From an uncultured Deferribacteres bacterium (GTDB lineage: Bacteria; Zhuqueibacterota; JdFR-76; BMS3Abin05), in contig CAZOHG010000013.1 of the NCBI GenBank assembly GCA_964579725.1, forward strand, positions 544 through 64,543: a stretch of 64,000 nt of DNA, given 5' to 3'. Position 1 is the stretch's first letter. The number at the start of each line of letters is the position of its first letter. The translations under genes were made by a program, and so were the position numbers. Shown here piece by piece: positions 37,875 to 47,094 of the stretch. The notes beneath the pieces are model-generated. The model was not told the DNA's origin. It was given only the letters and a program-made list of their open reading frames with translations, and did no database searches.

Positions 37875-39479
37875 TTAAAACCGACAGCGGTCGAGGATTT
37901 TACGCATGTTGCGTCCCAGAATGTTTCGTTTGTCGGTTTCGGAAATGTCAGCGTACGCAACCCACCCGAATTGTGGAATGGGGTCGCGCATGGAAGTGTC
38001 CGAGCCGTAGATTACTTTTTCCGAGCCGACTTCGCGCACCAGAAATTCAATCACGCCGTTGGTGACGGACGTGAAGGTGATTTCACAAAACACATTGGGA
38101 AATTTTTGAGCCAGCCGCGCGTGCCGCCGGGCGACCTCGTAGCTCCAGCCGGAGTGAGCCAAAAGAAACGAAATGTCTGGGTAGCGCGGAGCCAAATCCT
38201 CCATTTCCGTCACAAAATTGTCCGAAGGGTGCATGAGTGCAAAAAGACGGTGCCGATTTCCGTAGGCAAACCATTTTTCGTAGGCTCGGGCGTTGTAGGG
38301 GATTTTGTTGCGCGGGTAGTAGGGCTTCATGCCCCTCATGCCGAGTTCTTCGTAGCAATGTTTCAACTCGTTTTCCCAATCGGTTACGTAGAGCGGATCC
38401 AGGGTGGCGTACCCGACGATTTTTTCGGGGAAATCTCGAATGGCCTGCCCGACCGTCTCGTTTCCGATTGCGTAATCGGTCCACACGCCGGCCCAGCCGC
38501 TGGCGCAGGTTTTGTCCACGCCGATTCGAGCGTTTCGCTCCACCACACCCGCAGCGTCGGCTTTGGGCATGACCGCAATCACAATGTCGGAGTGTCCCTT
38601 TTCCGAAATGTGAGCGTGTCCGTCAATCACTTCCATGTCGTCGATGGGAGCTCCCTGCTTGGCGCGGGCGAGAATGGCGTCGTCCCCGGAAGTGGGGGCA
38701 TACTCTGGGGGGATTTCCGGGAGTTTCAGGAGCCGAATAAGATTTTCTCCGGCAATTTTTCGGCGAGCGGAATCGTCAATTTCTGCGTAATCCACGAAGG
38801 CTTTGGCGGCACCCGGACTTTTTTGCATCATTTCCGTACCAAAAAGCAGTTGCTCGGGACCGATTTGTTCCACCAAAAATTCGATGATTCGGTTGGCCTG
38901 GTAATTGGAAAATTCCACGTGGAGGTTGGGGAACGCACGCAGAAGGGGCAGCAAAAAGCGTGTGGCTTCCCAACGCACACTGTGGAGCAAAACGGGCAAT
39001 GTGGGATAGGTTTTGACCAGCCATTCCACCTCGTCCCAGCCGATCTGGTTGTAGGGCTCGTAATGCCCGGCGTCCACAAGCAACGGCATTTCGGCCGCTT
39101 CCAACGCTGCCAGCAAATCCCCGAGCGTGCGTTTGTTGACCAGAAAATGGTGCAGTTTCGGGAAGATTTTGACCGCCCGGACGCCCTTGGCACGCGCCAG
39201 CTCGACAAATTCCCGTCCCTGTGGTGCTTCGCCGCCCGTGTGGGGAAGTCCAACCCAACACGAGAACAGTCGAGGATGTTGGGCGCAGATGTCGGAAACC
39301 TGCTGATTTCCGACAGAGGGCTCCAGAGCACGGGCAAAGTTGGAAAAAATCAGTGCCCCGTGGATGCCGCAGCGTGCCATGTCAGCAAGCATTTCTTCCA
39401 CCGTCCAGGGAGCGGCCGGGTCTTTTCCAGGCCATTTCCCCACGGAAGCGTAACAATCCAGATAGGTCATCGATTCCAT
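37875..39479 (-). CDS. Tandem amidohydrolase-2 (PF04909-like) metal-dependent hydrolase
   Basis: Two TIM-barrel amidohydrolase halves, the second showing IDGHAHI (HxH). Confidence 0.6.
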   Translation of the reverse strand: MESMTYLDCYASVGKWPGKDPAAPWTVEEMLADMARCGIHGALIFSNFARALEPSVGNQQVSDICAQHPRLFSCWVGLPHTGGEAPQGREFVELARAKGVRAVKIFPKLHHFLVNKRTLGDLLAALEAAEMPLLVDAGHYEPYNQIGWDEVEWLVKTYPTLPVLLHSVRWEATRFLLPLLRAFPNLHVEFSNYQANRIIEFLVEQIGPEQLLFGTEMMQKSPGAAKAFVDYAEIDDSARRKIAGENLIRLLKLPEIPPEYAPTSGDDAILARAKQGAPIDDMEVIDGHAHISEKGHSDIVIAVMPKADAAGVVERNARIGVDKTCASGWAGVWTDYAIGNETVGQAIRDFPEKIVGYATLDPLYVTDWENELKHCYEELGMRGMKPYYPRNKIPYNARAYEKWFAYGNRHRLFALMHPSDNFVTEMEDLAPRYPDISFLLAHSGWSYEVARRHARLAQKFPNVFCEITFTSVTNGVIEFLVREVGSEKVIYGSDTSMRDPIPQFGWVAYADISETDKRNILGRNMRKILDRCRF

Positions 39480-39618
39480 GTCAGAACCTTTCTCATTTTG
39501 TGAAAATTAGGTTATCCCCGAAGAGACTTGGAGCCTTTTCAACCCGATTGTGCATGTCCTGCAGGTGGAAGTGGAATCGGCCGTCTTTTGTCCTTCGAGT
39601 AAAAGCAGCTTGGCCTGT

Positions 39619-42366
39619 TTAGTGCGCTTCCAGCCAATTTTTCCCCACGCCGATGTCCACGCGAATGGGAACCTCCAAATCGATTGCCCCTTCCATTTCT
39701 TCCCGAACCAGGCGTTTCATGGGTTCGATCTCCGGTTCGGGCACCTCAAAGACCAATTCGTCGTGAACCTGCATGATCATGATCGACCGTAAATTTTCTT
39801 TTTTCAGTCGGTTGTGGATGTGAATCATGGCGACTTTAATCAAATCGGCGGCAGTACCTTGAATCGGTGTGTTGACGGCCGTGCGCTCGGCAAATTCACG
39901 CACTCGCCGATTGGGCGAATTGATTTCCGGCAAATAACGCCGCCGGTTCAGCAGCGTGGTGACGTAGCCCGTTCGGCGCGCCTCTTCAATGGTGTTGCGA
40001 ATAAAATCCTGCACCCCCGGGTATTTGGCAAAATAATTCAAAATGAACTGCTGTGCCTCTTCCACGGAAATGTCCAGGCGGGAAGCCAGGCCGTAGGCGC
40101 CCATTCCGTACATAATGCCGAAATTAATTTCCTTGGCCCGCCGGCGCAAATCGGGAGTCACGTCCTTGGGTTCTACCCCAAAAACCAGCGCCGCCGTCGC
40201 CGTGTGGACGTCCTCGTCGCGCTCAAAGGTTTGCCGCAGGGTGGCGTCGCCGGAAAGGTGGGCCATAATACGCAATTCAATCTGGGAGTAGTCCGCATCC
40301 AAAATGAGGTGATTTTTTCGGCCGGGGACAAAAGCCTTTCGGATTTCCCGCCCCAATTCGGTGCGAATGGGAATGTTCTGCAAATTGGGATCGCTGCTGG
40401 AAAGCCGCCCGGTTGCGGCGACGGTTTGGTTGTAAGACGTGTGCACGCGCCCCGTTTCGGGATGAATGAGTTTGGGCAGAGCGTCAATGTAGGTCGATTT
40501 CAGCTTGGCCAATTGCCGGTAAGCCAAAAGCTTCTGGGGCAGGGGGTGGATTTTGGCCAGTTCTTCCAAAACCGTCACGTCCGTGGAAAAGCCCGTTTTG
40601 GTGCGCCGAGCCGTCGGGAGCCCCAATTTTTCGAACAAAATCCCACTAAGTTGTTTGGAAGAGTTAATGTTAAACTTTTCTCCGGCAAGCTCGTAAATTT
40701 CTTCTTCCAAACGCGCCAACTGGCCGCCGACATGCTTCGAAAGACGCCGCAGGAGGACGGTGTCCAGCGCGACGCCGTTTTTTTCCATGGTCATTAAAAC
40801 GGAGATTAGCGGAATTTCCACGTCCCGGAAAAGGTCGTACAGCGCTGCTTGCTTCAGGCGCGGCTTTAAAATATTGCGGAGGCGAAGGGTCATGTCGGCG
40901 TCTTCGCAGGCGTAAAAAGCCACCTTGTCGACGGGCACTTGGCGCATGGTCACCTGATTTTTGCCCTTTCCGATTAAATCGCTGGTGGGAACCTTTTTGT
41001 AATTCAAGTATTCAAGGCTCAAATTGTCCAGGTTGTGTTGGTGGCTGGAGGGATTGATTAAATAGGAAGCCACCATGGTGTCGAAAGTGATCCCGCGTAC
41101 AGAAATGTCATAGCGCGTCAGCGCCAGCATGTCGTACTTCACGTTTTGGCCGCATTTTTTGTAGGTTTCATTTTCCAGAATGGGCTTGAGTGTTTGGAGG
41201 ACCACGTCCAACGGCAGTTCCACCCTCCTGGGGTCAGGGTCCTTTTTGAGATTTTGAAACAAAGGCCCGAGGGTCGTGGCCTTTTCGGCCGTTCCCGCAG
41301 CCACGGGCACATAATACGCCTCCCCTTCCTGCCAGGCGAACGAAAAACCAACCACGTGGCAGCGCAGGGGGTCGATGTGGGTGGTCTCCAGATCGAAAAC
41401 AAAATCGCCTGCCTTTTTCAAATCCTGTGCTAATTTTTTCAGATCTTCCGGTGTTTGAACCACTGTGTATTTTTGGGTGAATTTGCCGTTATTGGAAAAA
41501 TGACGGTCAATCAGGCTTTTAAATTCCAGTTCGGTGAAAAGCCGAATGGCTTCTTCTTCATTCCACTCCCTGCGTTTGAGATCTTCGGGAGAAACATCGA
41601 CCGGGACGTTTGTGTCAATCGTCACCAGTTTTTGGGAAAGACGGGCGTCGTCGGCGTGTTCGGCAAGAGCCTTCCGCCATTGCGCTTTGGGGAGCGTGTC
41701 GAGGGCGTTGAGAACATTTTCCAAATGACCGTATTTTTGAATCAATTCCCGGGCGCCTTTTTCTCCGATTCCCTTTACGCCGGGGATGTTGTCAATTTTG
41801 TCGCCCAGAATGGCCAGAAAATCGACCACCTGCTCGGGAGCGATTCCCCAATGTTCTTTCAGCCAGGCCTTGTCCACAATATCCACGGAATTTCCGGTGT
41901 GTTGGGGTCGGTAAACCTTAATGTGGTCGGTAATGAGTTGGAAAAAGTCCTTGTCTCCGGTTACCAGATACGAGTCGATTCCCTTTTCCTCGGCGCGTTT
42001 GGCCAGTGTTCCCATGACGTCGTCCGCTTCGTAGCCCGGCACCTCCACAATAGGAATGCCCAGAACTTCAATAATTTGACGAATTCTGGGAATCTGGTCG
42101 GACATTTCTTCGGGCATTTTCTCGCGCGTCGCTTTGTATTCCGGAAATTCCTTGTGCCGAAAAGTCGGCTCCGGAGTGTCGAAAACAACGGTAATGTAAT
42201 CCGGGTTTTCTTCCGAAATAATTTTAAGGAGCGATTGGGCAAAAGCAAAAGGCGCTGAGGTATTCTCGCCCCTTGAATTGATCAGAGGTCTGCGAATAAA
42301 AGCAAAATACGAACGGTACGCCAGATGCGAGCCGTCGATTAAGAACAATTTTTTGTTTTCGCTCAT
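39619..42366 (-). CDS. polA: DNA polymerase I
   Basis: 5'-3' exonuclease N-terminus (KLFLIDGSHLAYRSYFAF), a 3'-5' exonuclease region, and the polymerase motifs RRLSSSDPNLQNIPIR, DYSQIELRI and QVHDELVFE. Confidence 0.95.
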   Translation of the reverse strand: MSENKKLFLIDGSHLAYRSYFAFIRRPLINSRGENTSAPFAFAQSLLKIISEENPDYITVVFDTPEPTFRHKEFPEYKATREKMPEEMSDQIPRIRQIIEVLGIPIVEVPGYEADDVMGTLAKRAEEKGIDSYLVTGDKDFFQLITDHIKVYRPQHTGNSVDIVDKAWLKEHWGIAPEQVVDFLAILGDKIDNIPGVKGIGEKGARELIQKYGHLENVLNALDTLPKAQWRKALAEHADDARLSQKLVTIDTNVPVDVSPEDLKRREWNEEEAIRLFTELEFKSLIDRHFSNNGKFTQKYTVVQTPEDLKKLAQDLKKAGDFVFDLETTHIDPLRCHVVGFSFAWQEGEAYYVPVAAGTAEKATTLGPLFQNLKKDPDPRRVELPLDVVLQTLKPILENETYKKCGQNVKYDMLALTRYDISVRGITFDTMVASYLINPSSHQHNLDNLSLEYLNYKKVPTSDLIGKGKNQVTMRQVPVDKVAFYACEDADMTLRLRNILKPRLKQAALYDLFRDVEIPLISVLMTMEKNGVALDTVLLRRLSKHVGGQLARLEEEIYELAGEKFNINSSKQLSGILFEKLGLPTARRTKTGFSTDVTVLEELAKIHPLPQKLLAYRQLAKLKSTYIDALPKLIHPETGRVHTSYNQTVAATGRLSSSDPNLQNIPIRTELGREIRKAFVPGRKNHLILDADYSQIELRIMAHLSGDATLRQTFERDEDVHTATAALVFGVEPKDVTPDLRRRAKEINFGIMYGMGAYGLASRLDISVEEAQQFILNYFAKYPGVQDFIRNTIEEARRTGYVTTLLNRRRYLPEINSPNRRVREFAERTAVNTPIQGTAADLIKVAMIHIHNRLKKENLRSIMIMQVHDELVFEVPEPEIEPMKRLVREEMEGAIDLEVPIRVDIGVGKNWLEAH

Positions 42367-42529
42367 GAAAGTTCCATTTGATTTGAATCGGTAGCATTTG
42401 CGACGGGACATGTCCCGGCTTTTTTCTGGTAACAAATTTACGACAAAACATCCTTAAAGTCAATCATTTCAATTGACAATAATGGAAAAATTTCGTATAA
42501 TTAACCATAAAAAACCACAGGAGGCACCA

Positions 42530-42838
42530 ATGGAAGGGCCACAACCGCAACAAATTAACGTGGAATTGGGTGAAAAAGAGGCCGAGGGGATTTATTCGAA
42601 TTTGGCGCTCATTAGTCACTCACCGGCGGAATTTGTGCTGGATTTTACCCGCATGCTTCCGGGCGTACCGAAAGCAAAGGTGTACGCACGGATCATTATG
42701 ACACCTCAACACGCCAAGTCCTTTTTACGAGCGTTGCAGGATAACATTGCCAAGTACGAGCAGCAATTCGGTGAAATCAAAATTCAGGGCCAAAGCCAAC
42801 ACCGAAACTTTGGGTTTCAATCCCCTTCGGAAAATTGA
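42530..42838 (+). CDS. DUF3467 family protein
   Basis: IYSNLALISHSPAEFVLDF motif; GGAGG RBS before MEGPQPQQ. Confidence 0.5.
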   Translation: MEGPQPQQINVELGEKEAEGIYSNLALISHSPAEFVLDFTRMLPGVPKAKVYARIIMTPQHAKSFLRALQDNIAKYEQQFGEIKIQGQSQHRNFGFQSPSEN

Positions 42839-42937
42839 CAGGAAGCCTCTCGTATTGGCAGGCAATCCTCGAAATTCCGGGGCAAAACGTTACAAATCAG
42901 GCAAATTTTCAGACCGTACAAATAGACGAGTAGCGAG

Positions 42938-45900
42938 ATGAAAAAATACTTCTTTCTTCTTTTGGGCTTTTTGGGGGTAACGGGGGTTGTATTCGGCCAG
43001 CAATTCAATAAAACCTGGGGATTTGACGGGGGCGTTTTTGCCATTGAGCCAGACGGCGACTACATTTACGTGGCTGGACGTTTCGATTACTACGGCCCGA
43101 TTATCGGACACGGGGCGCTAATTTCGAAAAATAATGTTTCTCCGGCAGAGAATTTCCCCGTGGTGAATGGAACCGTAACGGCCTGTGCCCCTGACGGAAA
43201 CGGCGGTTGGTACATTGGCGGTAGCTTTACAAAGGTGGGGGATTTTGAAAGAAAAGGACTGGCTCAAATCAACGCAGACGGCTCCGTTTCCAACTGGGAT
43301 CCTCAGCCCAACGGAGCGATTGAGAAAATCGTGCCAGACGGGAATGTTGTCTATGTTTGTGGGTATTTTACCTCACTCGGCGGTACCGAAAGGCATTATC
43401 TCGCCAAACTGAATCGCACGGACGGCTCTGTTGTGTCGGACTGGGACCCTTCTCCCGATTGGGTGGTACACGATATTGTTCCGGCCGGTAAGTTTATTTT
43501 CGTCGCCGGAGAATTTCAACGGATAGGGCAAAGCACCTACCAACACCGATTTCTGGCAAAAATCAGGGCTTCGGACGGCACGCTTGTGACGTCCTTTTTT
43601 CCCAAACCAAACCAGGTGGTGCGTGCAATCGCTTTGCGCAACGGCAGTCTTTACGTAGGCGGAGACTTTACTTCGTTTTGGGGGGTTGGGGCGTGGTACT
43701 ACGCCGCTAAAATCGACACAGCCAAGGGCGATCCGGTGGCGCCTTTTTGGAAACCCAATCCAGACCATCGGGTAACGCATATTGCCATTGACGGCGACCG
43801 CGTGTTTTTGGCCGGCGAGTTTACGCAAATCGGAACGGATAGTGTGGTGCAAAGGCAATTCCTTGCCGAAGTCGGTGCAACCGAGGGAAAACCAAATTTT
43901 GCCTGGAAGCCCGATGCAAACAATTTCATTGAAAATATTAAAATAAATGACGGCATGCTTTACGTAGTCGGTCAATTTCGGGAAATTGGCGGGGAGAGAA
44001 TAAACTACGTCGCACGGTTGGATGAATTCTGGGGTGCCCCCGACCATTCTTGGATTCCGAACGCCGACGGGACCGTTACCGACATTGCTTTCAGCGGGGA
44101 TCAGATTTACCTTGGCGGAACATTCCAGAGCGTTGGGGGGATTTCGACCGGAGAGGTTGTGAGACTCAATAAAGACGATTTTTCTCTGGACAAAACCTGG
44201 CTTCCCCAAACAGATGATGTGGTGAATACAATTGCCGTGGATGATCAAAATGTGTTTATTGGCGGAGCCTTTAAAATTGTAAACCAGCACTATCTTCCCC
44301 AGTTAGCCAAGTTAAATAAAACCAACGGCGACCCTGACCCGGCCTGGACCCCATTACCTGACGGGGAAGTGAATTGTATGATTTCTCGGGGAGATACGAT
44401 TATTCTTGCCGGAAACTTTACGAAGATCGGAGTTTCGCCGCGGGACAGAATTGCCATGGTGAACAAAACCAACGGCGAAGTTTTCAGCTGGGCACCCACC
44501 GTTTCGGGCGGACTGGAGTACGGAAGTATTGGCACCATAGACGAAAAAAACGGCTACGTGTATGCCGCCGGTAGATTTTACAATGCCGACCGATCGGTCA
44601 TCCTTCGGTATTTCAGGAGAATTTCCGTTCAGGACGCCACGGAAGACCCTTCTTGGATGCCTGACCCGGATCTGATTGTGCGGTCCATCCACATTCACCG
44701 GAACGATTTGTTCGCGGCCGGAAATTTTTCGTACATCGGGGGGCTTCCGATTCGGCATCTGGCCAAATTGGACCTTTCCAGCGGAGCCGTCAACCCCAAA
44801 TGGCAGCCCAATCCCGACGGAGATGTCCAATTTGTGACCGCTGACAACGATTACGTTTATGTGACCGGGAATTTTGATCATATCGGAACTACCCCCATCC
44901 AATATTTTGCCCGCTTGGATTACAACACCGCCGCCGTGGACCCCGCATGGGACCTGAAGTTCGGAAGTTCTCTCATTTGGGGAGTAGACGTCACCACCGT
45001 GGGCCTTTCGAAGGACAAGGTACTCATCGGAGGAATTTTTAACCACACGGAGGATCGTCTCGTGAATAATTTCACCGTGTTTACCGACGAGGCCTATTCA
45101 TCGAGATTTCCTTCTCCACCGTCAAAAGTGGAGGTTGTTTCGGGCAGCCATTCGATTCTTTTGAAATGGCACGCGGTGTTGCAGTCCAATATTGAAAAAT
45201 ACAATATTTACATTTCCACCGACACCAGCAAAGGGTACCATTTTTACACGAGTGTTACGCCACCTGACACCGTGCTGCGTATTCCCAATTTAAACAACGG
45301 CTCTAAGTATTTCTTTCGAATAACGGCCGTGAATTTCAACGGAGACGAAGGCCCGGCTTCCAACGCCGTGGTTGGTGTCCCGAATCTTTTGTCCGAGGGT
45401 CTTGTCGCTTTTTACCCGTTTACGAACGGAAGCGGTGCCGATTCCAGCGGCCATGACAACAACGGGATTCTCCATGGAGTTGTGCCGACCGAAGACCGCT
45501 TTGGTCAAAAGGATGCCGCCTTTTATTTTAACGGCAAAGATGCCTACATCGATTGCGGCAATGATGGTTCCCTTCAGCCCGATACGGCCCTCACCGTCAC
45601 AGGTTGGATGTTTTTGGACCTCAGCGTAGACAGGCAAATGGAAATTCTCTCCAATTTGGGGATATTCAGTGGATACGATGTTTCCCTGTGGCGCGATAAA
45701 TTGGAAGTTGGGCTGAATCAGGTTGTAGTGGATTCAATTCCTTATCCTGTGGGAGAATGGGTTTTCTTTGCCACGACATTTCGCAAGGGAGAAGAGAAAT
45801 TTTACCTGAACGGTACCTTGTCTTCGGGGCGTACCAAGGATTTTTTCAAGATAAAATACACCGGTCACAATTTGCAAATCGGTCACACGGATTTCGGGGG

Positions 45901-46924
45901 AAATGAAAGGAATTATTTCGAAGGCAAATTGGACGACATCAGAATTTACAATCGCGAGTTGTCTCAATGGGAGATAAAAGAATTATTAAAAGCCAACGGC
46001 TGGGAAAAGGTTGTCCCGCAGCCTCCTCAAAATGTTAGGTGCTCGGCGCGAATCGGCAACAACGTTACGCTAAGCTGGGCCAAAAGTGCCCAATCGACTG
46101 TGAACAGGTACGATATCTACATGACGAAGGTCATAACTTCTTGGTTTGAGTATGTGGGGTCGGTTCCTGCACAAGACACCAGTTGGACGGTGAATATTCA
46201 GGATAGAGCGAACAGGCTCACCTATTTTACCGTGGCAGCCGTGGATAATGCCGGGAGAGAAAGCTGTTTTTCAGACACGGTGCTCATCTCGCCCCAGATG
46301 ACGCTTAAAACACCGACTCCCGTGTTCCCGTTGCAGAATAGCCCTCTAAAGGACACCCTGCGCACCATTCCATTCAAATGGAGCACTGTTGACTACGCCG
46401 ATTTTTACCGTTTGCAACTTTCGGAAAATGCTGATTTTAGCTCCGTGATTCTGGACACCCTGTCCGCCAAATATGCCGGAGAAATGAACATTTCGCTGCC
46501 TGTTCCACTCCAACCCTTTTACTGGCGCGTACAGGCGATTGAATCGTGTAACCAGAGCTCCTGGAGCAACCCTGTACATGTTACGCCGATTGTAACATCC
46601 GTTGCCAGCGAGCAAAAAATTCCGAAGGACTATTTTCTTTCGCAAAATTATCCCAATCCCTTCGGAGCTGCTTCCAATGGGGCCAACAAAGCCACCATTA
46701 TTAAATACGGCATTCCTGCTGTAGCTCATTCCGGCAATCCGCCGGTCGTTTTGGAGGTTTTCGATGTCCTTGGGCGGAAGGTGGCCACTTTGGTAAATCG
46801 GCATAAAGCTCCGGGAATGTACGCAGTGAAATTTAATGCGGCAGAACTGCCGTCAGGGATCTATTTTTACAAATTCAAATGCGGCACTTTTGTCCGAATC
46901 AAAAAAATGATTTTAATGCAATAA
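42938..46924 (+). CDS. 1328-aa secreted T9SS cargo: delta-60-type beta-propeller repeats + FN3 + LamG-like + FN3 + T9SS C-terminal domain
   Basis: Signal peptide; 12 or more ~55-aa repeats (VYVAG.F...G....LAK.N..DGS....W.P.P); FN3-like modules; a concanavalin/LamG-like region (GILHGVVPTEDRFGQKDAAFYFNG...LDDIRIYNRELSQWEIKEL); C-terminal QNYPNPFG...GIYFYKF...KKMILMQ sorting domain. Confidence 0.75.
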   Translation: MKKYFFLLLGFLGVTGVVFGQQFNKTWGFDGGVFAIEPDGDYIYVAGRFDYYGPIIGHGALISKNNVSPAENFPVVNGTVTACAPDGNGGWYIGGSFTKVGDFERKGLAQINADGSVSNWDPQPNGAIEKIVPDGNVVYVCGYFTSLGGTERHYLAKLNRTDGSVVSDWDPSPDWVVHDIVPAGKFIFVAGEFQRIGQSTYQHRFLAKIRASDGTLVTSFFPKPNQVVRAIALRNGSLYVGGDFTSFWGVGAWYYAAKIDTAKGDPVAPFWKPNPDHRVTHIAIDGDRVFLAGEFTQIGTDSVVQRQFLAEVGATEGKPNFAWKPDANNFIENIKINDGMLYVVGQFREIGGERINYVARLDEFWGAPDHSWIPNADGTVTDIAFSGDQIYLGGTFQSVGGISTGEVVRLNKDDFSLDKTWLPQTDDVVNTIAVDDQNVFIGGAFKIVNQHYLPQLAKLNKTNGDPDPAWTPLPDGEVNCMISRGDTIILAGNFTKIGVSPRDRIAMVNKTNGEVFSWAPTVSGGLEYGSIGTIDEKNGYVYAAGRFYNADRSVILRYFRRISVQDATEDPSWMPDPDLIVRSIHIHRNDLFAAGNFSYIGGLPIRHLAKLDLSSGAVNPKWQPNPDGDVQFVTADNDYVYVTGNFDHIGTTPIQYFARLDYNTAAVDPAWDLKFGSSLIWGVDVTTVGLSKDKVLIGGIFNHTEDRLVNNFTVFTDEAYSSRFPSPPSKVEVVSGSHSILLKWHAVLQSNIEKYNIYISTDTSKGYHFYTSVTPPDTVLRIPNLNNGSKYFFRITAVNFNGDEGPASNAVVGVPNLLSEGLVAFYPFTNGSGADSSGHDNNGILHGVVPTEDRFGQKDAAFYFNGKDAYIDCGNDGSLQPDTALTVTGWMFLDLSVDRQMEILSNLGIFSGYDVSLWRDKLEVGLNQVVVDSIPYPVGEWVFFATTFRKGEEKFYLNGTLSSGRTKDFFKIKYTGHNLQIGHTDFGGNERNYFEGKLDDIRIYNRELSQWEIKELLKANGWEKVVPQPPQNVRCSARIGNNVTLSWAKSAQSTVNRYDIYMTKVITSWFEYVGSVPAQDTSWTVNIQDRANRLTYFTVAAVDNAGRESCFSDTVLISPQMTLKTPTPVFPLQNSPLKDTLRTIPFKWSTVDYADFYRLQLSENADFSSVILDTLSAKYAGEMNISLPVPLQPFYWRVQAIESCNQSSWSNPVHVTPIVTSVASEQKIPKDYFLSQNYPNPFGAASNGANKATIIKYGIPAVAHSGNPPVVLEVFDVLGRKVATLVNRHKAPGMYAVKFNAAELPSGIYFYKFKCGTFVRIKKMILMQ

Positions 46925-47094
46925 AAAGTTGTTTCTACCTCTCAATGGCCGGTTGATTTCGAGCGGTTTTTGGAGGGAATTGCGGGGGGCCAGCCCGAAT
47001 TGTGGGGTTCGCTCCGAGCGCACGGGTATGAACATGGTTGAACAATGTAAGAAAGAGAAATTCTTCTAACATTTCTAATTTCAGAGGAAAAAAC

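Noticed and set aside
37971-39503. 510-aa plus-strand ORF antisense to the tandem amidohydrolase
   Set aside because: Entirely overlaps a strongly supported minus-strand CDS with recognisable domains. The antisense translation has no motif and is Gly/Val/Phe-rich.
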